Notes: a model not told the origin generated them from the letters alone. A stretch of 59,398 nucleotides of DNA from Gemmatimonadota bacterium (GCA_040389905.1 JAZJZK010000002.1:87411-146808); one strand, 5' to 3'. Positions 49,511-58,635 are shown, counted from the first letter of the stretch. Numbers and translations are program-made.

Positions 49511-49638
49511 CAACGCGTTGTCCTGGTGTCGTGTGCCAACAGTGGAACATCCTCCGACGGTTTCAGCCGAGATTCTCATCAGCATGCAATATGACCCGGC
49601 ACTTGCTGCCACGCGATGGGCGCGGTTAGGCTCACTGC

Positions 49639-50385
49639 GTGATACTCCCGAGCACCTGGTCAACACGGCCCGCACCGCCCCTCGCCGACGGCGACGTGCA
49701 TGTCTGGCGCATGCGCCTGTCGGGGGACTGGGGAGCGAAGGCGCCTGCGGTGCTCTCCGCGTCCGAACAGGAGCGAGCGAGTCGGTATCTTTCCGACGTG
49801 CATCGCCGCGCGTACATCCTGACGCGCATGCACGTGCGAGCGATACTTGGCCAGTATCTGGACGTCGCCGCGAACGAGATATCCTTCGGCGCGGGCCGCC
49901 ACGGCAAGCCGTACCTCCATCGCGACGAGGGTGACCATCCGGTGCGCTTCAACCTTTCACATTCCGGCGATCTGGCGCTGCTGGCGGTGTCGCGTGAGAG
50001 AGAAGTGGGAGTGGACCTCGAGCGCTGGCGCGAGAATGTTGCCTTCGGAGAGCTTGCGACGCGTTTCTTTTCGTCGAGTGAACATTCTGCCTTGCACCAG
50101 CTGACGCACGACACGGATGCGCTCCTGGAAGCTTTCTACACCGTCTGGGCACGGAAAGAGGCGTACATCAAGGCCACAGGCGATGGCATTACTCGTGGAC
50201 TCTCCACCTTCGACGTCTCGCATGACACGCACGGAACGCCACTGTTCGTGCGCGATCGGCGCGACCCATCGGCCACGACGCGCTGGACGATGATGACGCT
50301 TTCGGTCGCGCCGGGGTACTCGGCCGCGCTGGTCGTCGCGGCGCCGATCGGCGCCGTTACGCTCATCGACGCGGTGGAGCCGTGA
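49639..50385 (+). CDS. Sfp-type 4'-phosphopantetheinyl transferase
   Basis: GKPY, FNLSHSG, VGVDLE, WARKEAYIKATG motifs. Confidence 0.93.
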   Translation: MILPSTWSTRPAPPLADGDVHVWRMRLSGDWGAKAPAVLSASEQERASRYLSDVHRRAYILTRMHVRAILGQYLDVAANEISFGAGRHGKPYLHRDEGDHPVRFNLSHSGDLALLAVSREREVGVDLERWRENVAFGELATRFFSSSEHSALHQLTHDTDALLEAFYTVWARKEAYIKATGDGITRGLSTFDVSHDTHGTPLFVRDRRDPSATTRWTMMTLSVAPGYSAALVVAAPIGAVTLIDAVEP

Positions 50386-52211
50386 CACACGAGTACATCC
50401 TCGGAATTTCGGCCTATTATCACGACAGCGCCGCCTGCCTGCTCCGAGACGGCGCGATCATTGCCGCCGCACAGGAAGAGCGCTTCACTCGAAAGAAGGG
50501 TGACGAGCGCTTTCCGTCGAACGCCGTCGCGTACTGCCTTCGCGAGGCGGGCATCGCGATGCCCGACGTGAACTACGTGGGATTCTACGACAAACCGCTG
50601 CTCAAGTTCGAACGGATTCTCGAAACGTACCTCGCCGTCGCACCACGGGGCTTCAGGTCATTCCTGATGGCCGGTCCCATGTGGGTGAAAGAGAAGCTCT
50701 TCACGGACCGGGATCTTCGGAAATCTCTGGGGGGATACGACGGACTCCTGCTGTACGCCGAGCATCACGAGTCGCACGCCGCGAGCGCGTTCTTTCCCTC
50801 GCCCTTCGAGGAGGCCGCGATCCTGACCATCGATGGCGTCGGCGAGTGGGCGACGGCGGCGATGGGCGTCGGCAAAGGATCGGATCTTCAATTGTTGCGC
50901 GAGTTGCGGTGGCCGGATTCACTCGGGCTGTTGTACTCTGCGTTCACGTACTACACCGGCTTCAAGGTCAACTCCGGCGAGTACAAGGTCATGGGCCTCG
51001 CGCCGTACGGCGAGCCGAAGTACGTCGACCGCATCTATGAGCATCTGCTCGATGTGCGTGACGATGGCTCCTTCACGATGAACCAGACGTACTTCAACTA
51101 CCTGAGCGGCCTCACGATGACGAGTGAGGCGTTCGACGAACTGTTTGGCGGTCCGCCGCGAACCCCGGAATCGGCGTTGACGCAACGCGACATGGATCTC
51201 GCCCGGTCCGTGCAGGTGGTGACCGAGGAGGTCACGATGCGCATGGCGCGAGCGCTCCACCGCGAGACGGGGCTGGAGAACCTGTGTCTCGCCGGTGGCG
51301 TCGCGCTGAACTGCGTTGCGAACGGGAGACTACTGCGAGAGGGCCCCTTCAAGCGCATCTGGATCCAGCCCGCTGCCGGCGACGCGGGCGGTGCCCTGGG
51401 CGTTGCGCAACTCATTCACCATCGGTATCGGGAGCAGCCGCGAGTCGCACTCGGTACACGCGATGCAATGAAAGGCTCGTATCTGGGTCCCGCGTTCAGC
51501 GACGACGAGATCGAGGGATATCTTCGAGAAGCGGGTGCAACCTACCGCCGTCTCGAACGCGACGACCTGCTTGCCGAGACCGCCCAGCACCTGGCTGACG
51601 AGAAGGTGATCGGCTGGCTCAACGGCCGAATGGAATTCGGGCCCCGATCCCTGGGCGCGCGCAGCATCCTCGGCGATCCTCGAAGTCCGCGCATGCAGGC
51701 GCAGATGAATCTCAAGATCAAGTTTCGTGAAAGCTTCCGGCCGTTCGCGCCGAGCGTGCTCCTGGAGCACGCGCAGGAGTATTTCGACCTCGAGTGCGAG
51801 TCACCCTACATGCTCCTCGTGGCACCGGTGAAGGAAGAGCGCCGAGTGCCGATGTCGGGTGCGGATGCAGGATTGTGGGGAATCGAACAGCTCAATCTCG
51901 TGCGCTCCGACATTCCAGCCGTCACGCACGTCGACTACTCGGCGCGTGTGCAGACGGTGAATCGCGAAACGAACCGAGATTACTACGATCTCATTGCTGC
52001 CTTTCGAGAACGAACTGGCTGCGCCGTGTTGGTGAACACATCGTTCAACGTGCGCGGTGAGCCAATCGTGTGCACGCCGGCAGACGCGTATCGATGCTTC
52101 ATGCGGACGCACATCGATACGTTGGTGCTCGGTCCGTTCCTGCTGGAAAAGTCGCAACAACAACCATGGACAGAGGGCGACGCATGGCAGACGGAAATCC
52201 AACCCGACTGA
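50382..52211 (+). CDS. O-carbamoyltransferase (NodU/CmcH/SxtI family)
   Basis: YYHDSAA, QEERF, HHESHAASAF, DGVGE, GEYKVMGLAPYG, GGVALNC, RESFRPFAP, NTSFNVRGEP motifs. Confidence 0.95.
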   Translation: MTHEYILGISAYYHDSAACLLRDGAIIAAAQEERFTRKKGDERFPSNAVAYCLREAGIAMPDVNYVGFYDKPLLKFERILETYLAVAPRGFRSFLMAGPMWVKEKLFTDRDLRKSLGGYDGLLLYAEHHESHAASAFFPSPFEEAAILTIDGVGEWATAAMGVGKGSDLQLLRELRWPDSLGLLYSAFTYYTGFKVNSGEYKVMGLAPYGEPKYVDRIYEHLLDVRDDGSFTMNQTYFNYLSGLTMTSEAFDELFGGPPRTPESALTQRDMDLARSVQVVTEEVTMRMARALHRETGLENLCLAGGVALNCVANGRLLREGPFKRIWIQPAAGDAGGALGVAQLIHHRYREQPRVALGTRDAMKGSYLGPAFSDDEIEGYLREAGATYRRLERDDLLAETAQHLADEKVIGWLNGRMEFGPRSLGARSILGDPRSPRMQAQMNLKIKFRESFRPFAPSVLLEHAQEYFDLECESPYMLLVAPVKEERRVPMSGADAGLWGIEQLNLVRSDIPAVTHVDYSARVQTVNRETNRDYYDLIAAFRERTGCAVLVNTSFNVRGEPIVCTPADAYRCFMRTHIDTLVLGPFLLEKSQQQPWTEGDAWQTEIQPD

Positions 52212-52591
52212 GCGCGGCGGCCGGCCGGAAGTTCGGCACGACGGTCGGGGTGGCGTTCATCGCCATCGGGCTGTTGCTGGTCTGGCGCAGTCACCCGATT
52301 CGCGCCACGGTGGCGCTGTCGCTGGGCGCGTCGCTCGCCGTCGCCGGACTGCTCATACCGACGATGCTCGGCCCCGTCGAGCGCGCGTGGATGGGGTTCG
52401 CGCACGCGCTGTCGAAAGTGACGACGCCGATATTCATGAGCATCGTCTACTTCCTCGTCATGACGCCGATCGGCATCATCAGGCGGCGCGTGAGCCCGTC
52501 TCCGATTCTGCGGACTGCTCGAGACGCATCGCGATGGCAGGCGCACCCCGCGAGCGACGCGGTGCGTGAACGGATGGAACGACAGTTCTGA
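52184..52591 (+). CDS. SxtJ-like membrane protein
   Basis: RKFG...WMGFAHAL...YFLVMTPIG...MERQF pattern, directly after the carbamoyltransferase. Confidence 0.82.
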   Translation: MADGNPTRLSAAAGRKFGTTVGVAFIAIGLLLVWRSHPIRATVALSLGASLAVAGLLIPTMLGPVERAWMGFAHALSKVTTPIFMSIVYFLVMTPIGIIRRRVSPSPILRTARDASRWQAHPASDAVRERMERQF

Positions 52592-52605
52592 CAATGAGGA
52601 CCGGA

Positions 52606-52764
52606 ATGGCACAACGCGGACTGATGGGCGAGCTGTGGGACTTCATGCGCGTGAGGAAGAAGTTCTGGCTGCTTCCAATTTTGATCATCCTGCTGCTCGT
52701 TGGTGCGCTGCTCGTGTTCGCGCAGGGGTCGGCACTCGCGCCGTTCATATACACAATTTTCTGA
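52606..52764 (+). CDS. small membrane protein, SxtK/DUF5989-like (52 aa, absent from the ORF track)
   Basis: MAQRGLMGELWDFMRVRKKFWLLPILIILLLVGALLVFAQGSALAPFIYTIF. GAGGA RBS. Confidence 0.9.
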   Translation: MAQRGLMGELWDFMRVRKKFWLLPILIILLLVGALLVFAQGSALAPFIYTIF

Positions 52765-52779
52765 GGACACAATCTTCTG

Positions 52780-53012
52780 AGTGACGTACGAGGTACCTGG
52801 TACCGCGTATCCTGACTGGCATACTCGCCAAGAGGAGCCATCAGAAAGTGGGGTCACGACGAACGCCGTTCGCAACAGCAAACGGAATTCGGCGTCGCGT
52901 GGGTAGGCAGGGATTGTGTCGAGGGCTCCTCTTGGACTGAATGCCAGTCAGGGTACAGGGGCCCGGGTACCTCGTACGTCAGTGGTTGTACGAGGTACTG
53001 TCGTACGTCACT
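52780..53012. repeat. ~230-nt rod-like hairpin with GTACGAG/GTACCTG termini
   Basis: Inverted repeats 52782-52797/52966-52981 (16 bp), 52811-52822/52941-52952 (12 bp), 52828-52839/52924-52935 (12 bp). Confidence 0.85.
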
Positions 53013-53022
53013 ATTCAACGAT

Positions 53023-54291
53023 ATGTCCGACTCCACACCGACTCCTCGACGCCAGACCAGCATCTACCTCGACGGAGCACGTGGTGTTCTCCCACGTGTT
53101 CCCGTGGACGCCGAGCGGCTCGAGGCCGCGGCGCAGGCTGCGCTGTCTCGCGCCGCGTATTCGTACATCGCGGGTGGCGCGGGCATGGAGTCAACGATGC
53201 GATCCAACCGCGCGGCGTTCGACGCTCGGCGCATCGTGCCGCGCGTTCTCCGCGACGTCTCCGTGCGCGACACCAGCATCGAGTTGTTCGGACGACGACT
53301 CGCGTCGCCGCTGTTTCTTTCGCCGATCGGTGTGCTGGAGCTCATGCATCGCGATGCGGATGCCGCTGTTGCACGGGCGAGCGCTGCGCGTGCGATTCCC
53401 ATGACGTTCTCCAATCAGGCGTCGGTTTCCATGGAGCAGTGCGCCGCCGAAATGGGCGCGTCGCCGCGCTGGTTCCAGCTGTACTGGAGCAAGGACGACG
53501 AACTCGTCGAGAGTCTCGTGCAGCGGGCCGAACGCTGTGGATGTGAAGCGATCATCATCACGCTCGATACCACGCTACTCGGCTGGAGGCCGCGCGATCT
53601 CGAGCTTGGCCATCTGCCGTTCATGCACGGAAAGGGGATTGCACAGTACACGAGCGACCCGGTGTTCATGCGAAAACTTGCGGAGCCGCTTCCGGGTCCA
53701 GCGCCCGCGCGCGGGAGGGTGACGCTCGCAGCGATTCAAACGGCGCTCGCAATGGCGCGCTCCGTTCCCGGGGGCACGTTTGCAAATCTGCGCGCGGGCA
53801 TCGGCATGGCGGCGGTCCGCCGCTTCACGGCGACGTATTCGCGACCGTCGTTGACGTGGGACGCACTCCCGTTCCTCCGGCAGCGAACCAAGCTGCCCAT
53901 CCTCCTGAAAGGCATTCTCCACCCGGACGACGCTCAGCGCGCCGTGGACGCTGGAATGAATGGGGTCATCGTTTCCAATCACGGCGGCCGCCAGGTTGAC
54001 GGAAGCATCGCGTCGCTCGATGCGCTGCCATCGATTGTGGAGCGCATTGGCGGCGACGTGCCGGTCTTGCTCGACAGCGGTGTGCGTGGTGGGGCGGACG
54101 TGTTTCGCGCGCTTGCGCTGGGTGCGAGAGCGGTTGGCGTTGGTCGACCGTACGCATACGGGCTCGCGGTCGCGGGAGAGCAGGGTGTGGGCGACGTGCT
54201 CGACAATATTCTTGCCGAGTTCGAGCTGACGATGGCGCTGGCGGGATGCGCGTCGGTGTCGGAGATCGGAGGCGGTTCATTGGTGCTCTGA
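53023..54291 (+). CDS. FMN-dependent alpha-hydroxy acid oxidase (lactate 2-monooxygenase-like)
   Basis: [34 protein letters not shown] motifs. Confidence 0.92.
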   Translation: MSDSTPTPRRQTSIYLDGARGVLPRVPVDAERLEAAAQAALSRAAYSYIAGGAGMESTMRSNRAAFDARRIVPRVLRDVSVRDTSIELFGRRLASPLFLSPIGVLELMHRDADAAVARASAARAIPMTFSNQASVSMEQCAAEMGASPRWFQLYWSKDDELVESLVQRAERCGCEAIIITLDTTLLGWRPRDLELGHLPFMHGKGIAQYTSDPVFMRKLAEPLPGPAPARGRVTLAAIQTALAMARSVPGGTFANLRAGIGMAAVRRFTATYSRPSLTWDALPFLRQRTKLPILLKGILHPDDAQRAVDAGMNGVIVSNHGGRQVDGSIASLDALPSIVERIGGDVPVLLDSGVRGGADVFRALALGARAVGVGRPYAYGLAVAGEQGVGDVLDNILAEFELTMALAGCASVSEIGGGSLVL

Positions 54292-54301
54292 GTCAACCGC
54301 T

Positions 54302-54465
54302 GGCTTGGGCGCGGGCGCAGGCTAGGGCGTGTGCCTGGGCTCGCCGACAGGCCCGAGCCCGGGCCCGGGCGCGTGCCCGAGCCTGCAGGCCGGCCCAAGC
54401 CCACGCCCTGGTCCAAGCCCGCGCCCCAGCCCGCGTTTTTGAAGCCCGAGCTCGAGCCCGAGCCC
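54302..54465. repeat. GCCCGA/TCGGGC hexamer palindromic array, probable bidirectional terminator
   Basis: Inverted repeats 54307-54316/54417-54426 and 54324-54331/54402-54409, then TTTTT. Between convergent genes. Confidence 0.75.
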
Positions 54466-55341
54466 TTACGCGAGCGCGACCAACAGGCACCCCGCAACGA
54501 GCAGCCCAACTCCGACCTGCTTCGGCGGCGCGAGATCCTCTCCGAGCAGCTTCCAGCCAAGCAGGACACCAATTCCGATGCTGAGCTGTCTAAGTGCCAG
54601 GACATAGCTCGATGTGCCGGACTTGAGCGCGATCAGGACCAGCCAGTACGACGTGGTGTTGAAGAACCCAACCTGGACGATCGGCCAACCATGAATTCGC
54701 CACTCCGCGCGGAGCGCGGGCATCGTGTGGCGCGTTCGAAGGAAGGCCGCGTAGAGAACGCCGACGATGACCGAATACGAATAGAAGTAGGCAAAGGCAG
54801 GAAGAATCTGGACGGAGCGTTTGTCCCAGACGGTATAGCTGGCGGTCGAGAGCGCCGCGAGGAGTGCGTAGGCAATGGACGGATGCCACAACATGCGACC
54901 AAGTCGCCGCACCGACGCGAGGTCGAACGCGGGAAGCCGAATGGTGACGATACCGGCCACGATGCACGCGATAGCAACCCATCCAATGAATGAGAGCCGC
55001 TCACCAAAAACGAGGAAGCCGAATGTCGGGAGGAAAATGAGTGTGCCGCCGCGAGCAACGGGATAGACGACGGAGAGGTCTCCCGTTTCGTAGGCCCGTC
55101 CCAACGCGACGTAGTTGGTGAGGGTGAGGAACGCGCCGATCGCGATGAGCGGCCAGGCGTGCAGCACATCGCGAAAGACAGGCGAGTACCAGATGATGAA
55201 GACCGGCGCGAACAGAAACACTTCCGCAACCTTGCTCAGCCCAATGAAGGTCGAGCCGCCCCCGCTTCGCTTGATGAGAAAATTCCAGTACGCGTGCGTC
55301 GCCGTCGAGGCGAGCACCAGGAGCACAGCCGTGAGTTCCAT
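54466..55341 (-). CDS. EamA/DMT family transporter
   Basis: HAYWN, GDLSVVYPVARG, YTVWDK, ALRQLS motifs and about ten hydrophobic segments. Confidence 0.88.
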   Translation of the reverse strand: MELTAVLLVLASTATHAYWNFLIKRSGGGSTFIGLSKVAEVFLFAPVFIIWYSPVFRDVLHAWPLIAIGAFLTLTNYVALGRAYETGDLSVVYPVARGGTLIFLPTFGFLVFGERLSFIGWVAIACIVAGIVTIRLPAFDLASVRRLGRMLWHPSIAYALLAALSTASYTVWDKRSVQILPAFAYFYSYSVIVGVLYAAFLRTRHTMPALRAEWRIHGWPIVQVGFFNTTSYWLVLIALKSGTSSYVLALRQLSIGIGVLLGWKLLGEDLAPPKQVGVGLLVAGCLLVALA

Positions 55342-55457
55342 CGATTCTGGGTAGGGGCTTGGCAACCAAGGTAGCCTGCTGGGCGACCACCTTGCGAGAG
55401 TACCGATTGTCCGACAGCTTCGCGCTAAAGTACCGCACTTTCCGGAGAACCCACCGC

Positions 55458-56834
55458 ATGCGACGAATTCACGGCTTTCTAACACTTATGGGCATCGCGC
55501 TACTTGCGACGCGCGCGTCCGCCCAACCCGCAATGCCCATTCACGACACGACGCTTGCGAACGGATTGCACGTCATCGTCATCGAGAATCACGCTGTGCC
55601 GCTCGTGACGGTCGAATTCAACGTGAAGAACGGCGCATATACGCAGACGCCGGAATACGAAGGGCTGGCGCATCTGTACGAGCATATGTTCTTCAAGGCC
55701 AACCGCACGATTACATCACAGGAGAAATATCTCCAGCGGCTGCGCCAGATCGGTGCGTCGTGGAACGGGACGACGTCGGACGAACGCGTGAACTATTTCC
55801 TCACGGTCGGCGTCGACAGCATGCGCCCAGCGCTCCAATTCATGGAGGACGCGATCCGCTATCCGTTGTTCGATCAGGCGGAGCTCGTGCGCGAGCGGCC
55901 GGTGGTCATCGGAGAATTCGATCGCAATGAAGCGAACCCGTATTTCCATCTCGGCCGCGGGATGGACACGATCCTGTGGACGCCGGCGTACTACTCGCAC
56001 AAGAACACGATGGGCGACCGCACGGTCATCCTCGGCACGCCGCAGGAAAAGATGCGGGAGATCCAACGGCGGTACTATGTGCCGAACAATACCGCGATCA
56101 TTCTCGCCGGCGACGTCACGTCCGCCCAGGGTTTTCGCATGGCCAACGAGGTCCTCGGCGACTGGCCACGTGGCGCGGATCCCTTCGCGACACCGATTCC
56201 GGATCCGCCGCCGCTCACGAAGACTCAGGCGGTCATCGTCACACAACCCGTGAATTCCGTCACGATTCAGATCGAACTGCAGGGCCCGAGTGTGACGAAA
56301 GACCCTGTGTCGACGTACGCCGCGGACGTGCTCAGCACGATCCTCGCGAAGCCGACGAGCGGATTCCAGAAACGTCTCGTCGACAGCGGGCTCTCCTTCG
56401 GCGCCGGCATCGGCTACTACACGCTCAGCCACGTCGGGCCCATCACACTCTTTCTCCAGACGTCACCGGACAAGATTCAAGATGCGCGGCGCGCCGCGCT
56501 CGACGAGATCGCGCGAATGACCGATTCGAACTACGTCACGCAGAAGGAACTGCTCGACGCACAGAAGGAACTCGGCATCAACGCGCTGTACGAACGCGAG
56601 GAGGCTACGAACTGGGCACACACCGTTGGTTTCTGGTGGTCCGTCGCGGGCCTGGACTACTACCGCAACTATGTGCCGAACATGCAGCGCGTCACCCGCG
56701 GTGATCTTGCACGCTATGCACAGAAGTACATGGCAGGCAAGCCGTATGTCGTGGGCGTGCTGATGAGCGAAGACACCAGGAAGAAAACCGGGCTCACCGC
56801 TGACGCACTCCTACCAAAGGCGATCGTACCATGA
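55458..56834 (+). CDS. M16 (pitrilysin-family) peptidase, active subunit
   Basis: GLAHLYEHMFF inverted zinc motif, WNGTT, YYVPNN. Signal peptide. Confidence 0.92.
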   Translation: MRRIHGFLTLMGIALLATRASAQPAMPIHDTTLANGLHVIVIENHAVPLVTVEFNVKNGAYTQTPEYEGLAHLYEHMFFKANRTITSQEKYLQRLRQIGASWNGTTSDERVNYFLTVGVDSMRPALQFMEDAIRYPLFDQAELVRERPVVIGEFDRNEANPYFHLGRGMDTILWTPAYYSHKNTMGDRTVILGTPQEKMREIQRRYYVPNNTAIILAGDVTSAQGFRMANEVLGDWPRGADPFATPIPDPPPLTKTQAVIVTQPVNSVTIQIELQGPSVTKDPVSTYAADVLSTILAKPTSGFQKRLVDSGLSFGAGIGYYTLSHVGPITLFLQTSPDKIQDARRAALDEIARMTDSNYVTQKELLDAQKELGINALYEREEATNWAHTVGFWWSVAGLDYYRNYVPNMQRVTRGDLARYAQKYMAGKPYVVGVLMSEDTRKKTGLTADALLPKAIVP

Positions 56835-58129
56835 GACGCTGTCTTACGATATTCGCGCTCGCCGCGATGGCGCAGTCAGCCGCCGCACAGGCCACGCCGG
56901 CCATCGACGCGTTCGACGTCAGCGGAATACATGTCATCCACAAGCTGAATACGGCGAATGACGTCGTTGCCGTGCGACTCTTCCTGAAAGGCGGCTCGGC
57001 GGCGCTGACGCCGGCGATGGCCGGCATCGAGCAGATGATCGTTTCGACGGCAACGCTCGGTACGGCGAAGTATGACAAGGACCAGTTTTCAGCGCTGGCC
57101 ACAGTGAACGGCGCCGCGATCGGCGGGGAGACGAGCACAGACTATACCGTGATGTCCCTGCGCGCCGTTCGACAGAACTGGAAGGACTCGTGGGAACTGT
57201 TTGCGCAGGCGGTTGCCCATCCCACTTTTCCGAAGGAGGAGATCGACCTCGCGCGCGGCCAGGCGGAGAATGGCCTGAAACAGCGCGTCGATGATCCAGA
57301 TACCTTTCTCAACCTTCTAAGCGACAGCGTGTCGTTCGCGGGGCATCCCTTCCGCGTCGATCCGCAGGGCACGGCAACATCGGTCGCGAAGATGACGAGG
57401 GACGATCTCGCCCGCTGGCACAAACGACGGTTCACGAAGGCCAATCTGTTGATTGTCGCCGTCGGGAACGTGAGCCGGGAGGAGTTGTCGGCGCGAATCG
57501 CGGAGTCGTTTGGCGACTTGCCGGCTACGGGTGGGGAGGCGCGACCCGTCCCGGCGCTCCCGCCGAGCAAACCCTCGTTGACGATCGTGAAGCGCGACCT
57601 TCCGACGAACTACATCCAGGGCCTCTACGTCGCTCCGAACCGCGCGAGCAAGGATCTGCCCGCGCTTCAATTGGCGACGCGGGTGCTTGGCGACCGGCTG
57701 TTCGAGGAGGTCCGCACGAAGCGGAATCTCACCTATGCCGTTGGCGCCGGCGTTCGCTCAGGTCTCGTGGGTCGCGGTACCCTGTATGTGACGGCCGTTC
57801 AACCGGAGACCACGTTGAAGGTCATCCTGGCCGAGGTGCGGCGGATGCAGCATGAGCTCGTTCCCGTTGATCGACTCCATGAGACGCTGAACGAATATGT
57901 GACTGGTTACTGGATGAACCAGGAAACGAACATGGACCAGGCGCAGCAACTCGGAAACTGGGAGCTCGCCGGTGGCGGATGGCGCAATGCGCTGACGACG
58001 GTGGAACGAATGCGCGCTGTGACACCCGCGGACGTTCAGCGTGTGTCCGTGCGGTACATGAAGAATGCGCGCTTCGTGGTAATCGGTGACCCGAAAAAGA
58101 TCGATCGAAAGTTGTTTACGTCCCTTTAG
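56831..58129 (+). CDS. M16 peptidase, non-catalytic partner subunit
   Basis: M16 fold without HxxEH. RLFEEVRTKRNLTY R/Y pair. ATGA coupling. Confidence 0.88.
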   Translation: MRRCLTIFALAAMAQSAAAQATPAIDAFDVSGIHVIHKLNTANDVVAVRLFLKGGSAALTPAMAGIEQMIVSTATLGTAKYDKDQFSALATVNGAAIGGETSTDYTVMSLRAVRQNWKDSWELFAQAVAHPTFPKEEIDLARGQAENGLKQRVDDPDTFLNLLSDSVSFAGHPFRVDPQGTATSVAKMTRDDLARWHKRRFTKANLLIVAVGNVSREELSARIAESFGDLPATGGEARPVPALPPSKPSLTIVKRDLPTNYIQGLYVAPNRASKDLPALQLATRVLGDRLFEEVRTKRNLTYAVGAGVRSGLVGRGTLYVTAVQPETTLKVILAEVRRMQHELVPVDRLHETLNEYVTGYWMNQETNMDQAQQLGNWELAGGGWRNALTTVERMRAVTPADVQRVSVRYMKNARFVVIGDPKKIDRKLFTSL

Positions 58130-58225
58130 GAGATAGGAGACAGGGGACAGGGACCAGGGGACAGGAACGTCATGGGATTGCTCTTTCTGTCCCCTGTCCC
58201 CTGTCCCCTGTCCCCTAGCTCCTAA
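58126..58225. repeat. GACAGGG/CCCTGTC heptamer palindromic array
   Basis: About four units per arm. Ends TTAGGAG...CTCCTAA contain the stop codons of both flanking genes. Confidence 0.85.
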
Positions 58226-58635
58226 TAGACTCTCTCCCCACCCACGTTGAGCGTGCCCTTCCCGACATGCAGTGTACCGACGAGCCCTTTGTTCGTGATG
58301 CGGAGCTTCAAGTCGCCGCGTCCGATGTTGGTCAAGAGACTCGCGGTGATGATGTCGCCTTCGACCTTCACGTTCTCGAGCAGCGCTTGCTGATCGTGCG
58401 TGATGAAGACCCCCGTGTAGCCATCACCTTTCTTCTCGACGACGAGATCGACGCGCTGCTCCGCGTGCCGAGCGCGAACGGTGAGGCTGAAGAGACCTGC
58501 CGCGTTCTTCGCATCGGCGTCGGTCGTGACCGCGGGCCGAGTCGGCGTGGAGGCATTCGCCACCGACGGTAGCGCAAGGATAGCGACGCTGAACAGCATC
58601 GGGGCAACGGAACGGAACACGGTGGGGATGCGCAT
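58222..58635 (-). CDS. secreted hypothetical protein (beta-rich)
   Basis: Signal peptide ending ANA, GAGG RBS, fills the gap between the M16 pair and rsmD. Confidence 0.7.
   Translation of the reverse strand: MRIPTVFRSVAPMLFSVAILALPSVANASTPTRPAVTTDADAKNAAGLFSLTVRARHAEQRVDLVVEKKGDGYTGVFITHDQQALLENVKVEGDIITASLLTNIGRGDLKLRITNKGLVGTLHVGKGTLNVGGERVY

Noticed and set aside
50382..52764. Saxitoxin biosynthesis cluster
   Set aside because: Only the widespread SxtI/J/K-like trio is present. No sxtA, sxtG or other pathway genes are in the window.
54293..54490. Poly-(Arg-Ala) ORF and the overlapping Pro-rich ORF 54331-54993
   Set aside because: Translation artefacts of the hexamer repeat and of the EamA antisense strand.
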